A stretch of DNA of 64,000 nt from Candidatus Ozemobacteraceae bacterium (GTDB taxonomy: Bacteria > Muiribacteriota > Ozemobacteria > Ozemobacterales > Ozemobacteraceae), in contig OZ223236.1 in assembly GCA_965140445.1 (NCBI GenBank), positions 448,001-512,000 on the forward strand, in the 5' to 3' direction. The notes under the pieces are model-generated. The model was given only the letters and a program-made list of their open reading frames with translations, was not told where the DNA came from and did not search any database. The translations under genes and the position numbers were made by a program. Of the stretch, positions 60,229-64,000 are shown in pieces. Each line of letters starts with the position of its first letter. Position 1 is the first letter of the stretch.

Positions 60229-63108
60229 CTATTTTTGTCTTAGAACATAAGCTTCAATACTTTGAGTTTTACCTTTTACGCTACTGATTGGGAGCTTTTC
60301 AGAAATGCAGTTTTCGGGAAGGCTATTAACCAGGTTACCGCTTATTACGATCTCAGCATTTTCCAGCTTTAGAGCTTCTGTGGCTAGTCTGGCTGCAAGA
60401 TTTACCGGGTCTCCTACAACTGTGTGAGAAAGCCTTGCTTTCTCGGCCCCCATTACTCCCGAAATAGTTATCCCTGAGTTAACACCAATTGAAACTTCAA
60501 GATTGTAAAGTTTTTGCATTTGATTTTTGATCATTATTGCAGCTTCAATGGGGTTTTGTGACAGTTCCTTGTCAGTTGGATCATGTTCAAAGACTATCAT
60601 AATCTTATCTTCAATCATTTTATCAATTTCGCCACCAAATTGACTTGTGGCTTTTCCTGCAACGGTTAAATGTTTTTGCATTAACTCAAAAATCTCTGTG
60701 GCGTCCTTTTTATCCAGGATGTTTTTGAAGTCTTTGATTCCTGAAAAAATTATGGTGGCAAAGCTTTGTTTAGCCTTTTCTGCAAGTTTTTCCGAGCCAG
60801 AGGAGACTTCACGTAGAACCGATTCTGAAACGAAGCTTTTAAGGATTTTACCTTCGTGTAATCCCCTTGCCATTTTATTAAATGAGTTGCCTATCCGAGC
60901 AAATTCATCAGGGTGAGTATTATTAATGAGGGTGTCGAAATTTCCTTGATTGATTTGTTCTGTGGCGGCCGTTAATTCTTTTATGGGGGCGGTAAAATAA
61001 TGAGCTCCGGACCAGGCTACTAAAGTTCCAAAGCAAAAAAGTGCGAATATAAACTTAATTGTTTCAAGTCCTATTTTATTCCTGAAGTTTTCGTATTTTT
61101 GCAGTATTTCATGTCCAACAATAGTGTAATAAGAATAGTTAGCTGGAAAAGCTTCAACTATCTCATTGTGATCGCCTTTCTGAATTTGATTAACAATGTT
61201 ACTTCTAGCTAGATGAGCTATTTTTGCTGTTTCACTTAAATCTGGATAATCGTTTTCAAGTACAGGCAGTGAAATGGGGCGTGATTGAATCTTTTTTTCA
61301 TCACCAAAAATAATTACACGGGAACTGCTAACATTAGCGTTTAGCTTTTGCTTTGGGAAAGACTCGCTGCCTGTCTCTGTATCTGAGTGCCAGGCAATTA
61401 TTCCGTATGGTTTTCCATGATAAGAAATAGGAAAGCAGCATATAAAGTCTCTTTTGTAGAATGAATATATATCAATTAGTATTTCAATATTGTTTCGGAA
61501 ATTGTAAAAAGCTTCGGGGCCAAGGAGGTTGGTAAAGAATCCACGTGCTATTTCAGCTTTTAATGAATCTGCATTAAATTTTTTTCCGGTATTTTTCTGG
61601 TTTCCCAGTGAGTCGTGCAGCATTTCAGAAAATCTATTTTGGAAAATATCAGCGATTGGATTGTCTGTTTCTTCTGCTTTGTATTCACCGGGTTTTACCT
61701 TTCTAAAAGCAACCATTTTTTTGGTTAAAGTGTAAATCCAGAGTGATGAATATCGTGAAGCATTAAATTTATTATCAAGCTTTTGTAAAAGCCTTTTTCC
61801 GATTTCAGCAGAGCTATTTTCCTTGTCTGGAATATTGGCAAATTTCTTTATTTTTTCAACAGTATTTAATCCTCTAACAAGATTCATCGCTTCTCTAAAG
61901 TTGTCGTTTGTTTCTGCGTCCATATCTTTCAGATCTTTGCTGAGTTTTTGGTTGATTCTGTTTCTTTTAGCCATATACTCAGTGTTTATAAATTCTTCAG
62001 CAATATAAGTAGATGCAAAAACTGGTTGCAAGATTAAAAGCACAAATGTTCCAGGAATCAACTTGGAAAGACTAAGTTCAGGGCCCCTTTGTAAAAAGAG
62101 TTTTTCTGCCATCACCTTAAATACCACGCACGAGAAAAAGAAAACAAAAGCCAGTAAGATTTGAAAGTTTTTTAGAATTACTTTTTGCCGGGGAATTACT
62201 GCTATCAAATAATAGTTTTTGCGCGAGTCTTTTTGGGATATTTTTATTTTTAAATCCGGGTAAATAAAGGTCTTTCCTGGCAAGTTCTTCTTTTTAAAGA
62301 TTTCTTTTAAGTATTTTTTTATATTTGAATTTTTCAGGAAATCTTTTGATCCAACAAATTCCTTTTTTTCAACTTCGTAAGCGGCCAGACTAAAATTTGG
62401 GTTGGAGCTTTTTTTTATCCTAAGCCTGATTGAGTCAAAGTAATCTATGTCAGACAGATCGGCTAGACAGATTAATGATACTATTTTTTCATTTTTATCA
62501 GTCGGATTTTCAGAGTTCAAATAGCTTTGAACAAAAGTATGTTTTTTGGAGTTAAATTTAAAAGAGATTTTAGCGATATCTTTGGTTTTTATGTTTTGCG
62601 CAAAATTATGAATGTATTGCTGAATATCTGTTAGTTGCAAGTCTTTAAAGCTTATAGGTCTAGTTAGTTTGCCATTTTTTACAAAATCAATTGATGTTAG
62701 GGAATTGAAAATTTTGGTAAGACCAATTTCCGGGCCAAAAGAAAGGGTTTTTAAGGCTCCATTTTCTAAATACATAATGCATAGTTGAACGGGGAAAATA
62801 AACTTCTTGGTAAACCCCCTGAATTTTTCTTTTAAAGTCTCTCCAAGAAGACCTTTTTTGGCTTTTTCATAAAAATTGGAATCAGGAAGCAATAGTTCTA
62901 CTTTTCTGGTATTTATTTCTTGAACAACGCTGTTGGAAAAGTTTTGCAATCGGTCAATATTCTGAAATTTCTGTTCTATTTGTCGGCTAATTTCTTGCTC
63001 TCTATCTATTTTCCTAAGTTCTATAGCTATTCTGGTGGTAAAGAAAATACTTATTGGCGGAAAGAAAATAATTGTGGTTAACAACAAAAAGAGTATGCCT
63101 TTTTTCAT
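60229..63108 (-). CDS. Membrane HAMP-domain class III nucleotidyl cyclase (C2-like half)
   Basis: TM segments, HAMP (PIKEL...DEF..I..SFN.M), IGVNSG, TVVGDPVNLAARL. Confidence 0.88.
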   Translation of the reverse strand: MKKGILFLLLTTIIFFPPISIFFTTRIAIELRKIDREQEISRQIEQKFQNIDRLQNFSNSVVQEINTRKVELLLPDSNFYEKAKKGLLGETLKEKFRGFTKKFIFPVQLCIMYLENGALKTLSFGPEIGLTKIFNSLTSIDFVKNGKLTRPISFKDLQLTDIQQYIHNFAQNIKTKDIAKISFKFNSKKHTFVQSYLNSENPTDKNEKIVSLICLADLSDIDYFDSIRLRIKKSSNPNFSLAAYEVEKKEFVGSKDFLKNSNIKKYLKEIFKKKNLPGKTFIYPDLKIKISQKDSRKNYYLIAVIPRQKVILKNFQILLAFVFFFSCVVFKVMAEKLFLQRGPELSLSKLIPGTFVLLILQPVFASTYIAEEFINTEYMAKRNRINQKLSKDLKDMDAETNDNFREAMNLVRGLNTVEKIKKFANIPDKENSSAEIGKRLLQKLDNKFNASRYSSLWIYTLTKKMVAFRKVKPGEYKAEETDNPIADIFQNRFSEMLHDSLGNQKNTGKKFNADSLKAEIARGFFTNLLGPEAFYNFRNNIEILIDIYSFYKRDFICCFPISYHGKPYGIIAWHSDTETGSESFPKQKLNANVSSSRVIIFGDEKKIQSRPISLPVLENDYPDLSETAKIAHLARSNIVNQIQKGDHNEIVEAFPANYSYYTIVGHEILQKYENFRNKIGLETIKFIFALFCFGTLVAWSGAHYFTAPIKELTAATEQINQGNFDTLINNTHPDEFARIGNSFNKMARGLHEGKILKSFVSESVLREVSSGSEKLAEKAKQSFATIIFSGIKDFKNILDKKDATEIFELMQKHLTVAGKATSQFGGEIDKMIEDKIMIVFEHDPTDKELSQNPIEAAIMIKNQMQKLYNLEVSIGVNSGITISGVMGAEKARLSHTVVGDPVNLAARLATEALKLENAEIVISGNLVNSLPENCISEKLPISSVKGKTQSIEAYVLRQK

Positions 63109-64000
63109 ACTGGATACTCCAGGGTTTCAAGCTCAAAAAAGCTTTCTGAACCGTTTTTTTCAACTTCTCGGAGTTTGGGAGAAAAATTGAGTTGCTCTCG
63201 CATGGACTTTGAAATCATTATTCGGGTGGTCGTTCCATGCCTGCTTTCAGACTCTAGCTTTTCTGCAGTGGCTCTTGCTGGGCCAAGAATTGTAAATTCT
63301 GACCTTTGCTCTGAAGACAGAATTCCAGCCATTACCAGACCGTGATCCAGACCAATCCCGATTTCATAGGTAAAAAGTCCGGAGCTATTTCTTTCTTTTT
63401 GAATTTCTCTATGTCTCCTGGTCATCTGACATGCTGCTGTTACAGCTTTATTAGCGCAATCGGATCGATTGCCCGGGAAAAAAGCTACTATAGCATCACC
63501 AATAAACTGTTCTATTTGGCCTTGATTATTAATAATAATTTCAACCATTTCAGCTAAATGAGTATTCAACATTAATGCAATTGATTCTGGTGGATAACTT
63601 TCTGAAAGAGTTGTAAAGCTGCGAATATCAGAGAAAAGGACGACCCCGTTTAAGCTGGTAGCAGATTTAAAGCTTTCCTCAAATCTGTCGCTTTCGTCTA
63701 AAGTGGTTGAAACAAATTTACCTAGTATTTGTCTTTCTTTTAAGCCTTTGGTCATTTTTTCCATTGAGTGAGCCAAAACCCCAAGCTCGTTTTTGAACGG
63801 ATAAGAGAAATTGGCCTCGAAATCGCCTTTTGTAATCTTATTAAACACGTCAGAAACCTTCATGAGAGGCTCAATTGTCAGATAGGAAATCGAAGCTGCA
63901 AGAATATATATAGTCGCACCAAGAATAGCTATCAGGATCAGAAGAAAAATCATTTTCAAATCAGAGCTTTGGGAAATATCAGAAATATCAATAACTCCGC
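63105..64000 (-). CDS. Membrane HAMP-domain class III nucleotidyl cyclase (C1-like half), 5' end beyond the window
   Basis: Frame is open to the right edge; HAMP; VLFSDIRSFT, FIGDAI, IGIGLDHG; 4-bp overlap with the next gene. Confidence 0.88.
   Translation of the reverse strand, partial: GVIDISDISQSSDLKMIFLLILIAILGATIYILAASISYLTIEPLMKVSDVFNKITKGDFEANFSYPFKNELGVLAHSMEKMTKGLKERQILGKFVSTTLDESDRFEESFKSATSLNGVVLFSDIRSFTTLSESYPPESIALMLNTHLAEMVEIIINNQGQIEQFIGDAIVAFFPGNRSDCANKAVTAACQMTRRHREIQKERNSSGLFTYEIGIGLDHGLVMAGILSSEQRSEFTILGPARATAEKLESESRHGTTTRIMISKSMREQLNFSPKLREVEKNGSESFFELETLEYPV

Overview
Origin-proximal chromosomal region of an AT-rich, probably diderm bacterium. The gene style loosely suggests a candidate lineage such as Ca. 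Riflebacteria, which cannot be verified here. Gene orientation switches at about 47.5-47.9 kb, where oriC (DnaA boxes plus DnaA-trios) sits upstream of dnaA. Leftward are dnaA, DUF721, a RemB-like gene, gyrB, gyrA, a DivIC/FtsB gene, four tRNAs, the large SRP RNA and dnaX, with no dnaN, recF or rpmH. Rightward are accB, lpdA, a Hom-like gene, aspartokinase, an LptD-like gene, rpiB, upp, dCMP deaminase, murA, a HEAT protein and a rhomboid, then two convergent class III cyclase genes. The left 21 kb is accessory-like. It holds a tandem array of DUF1566/Lcl-domain surface proteins (two intact copies and one remnant), an InlB-repeat lipoprotein, a radical SAM/DUF4130 repair pair, an ECF sigma module, REP-like clusters and three copies of an unannotated ~165-nt structured element with its own terminator. 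Best leads: (1) that three-copy putative sRNA; (2) DGR-like clustered, adenine-biased, non-synonymous variation in the DUF1566 paralogs; (3) a complementary C1/C2-like cyclase pair; (4) a catalytically degenerate homoserine dehydrogenase next to aspartokinase; (5) a second DnaA-box cluster 11 kb from oriC; (6) a shared ECF-type promoter. All family calls come from motif recognition, not database searches.
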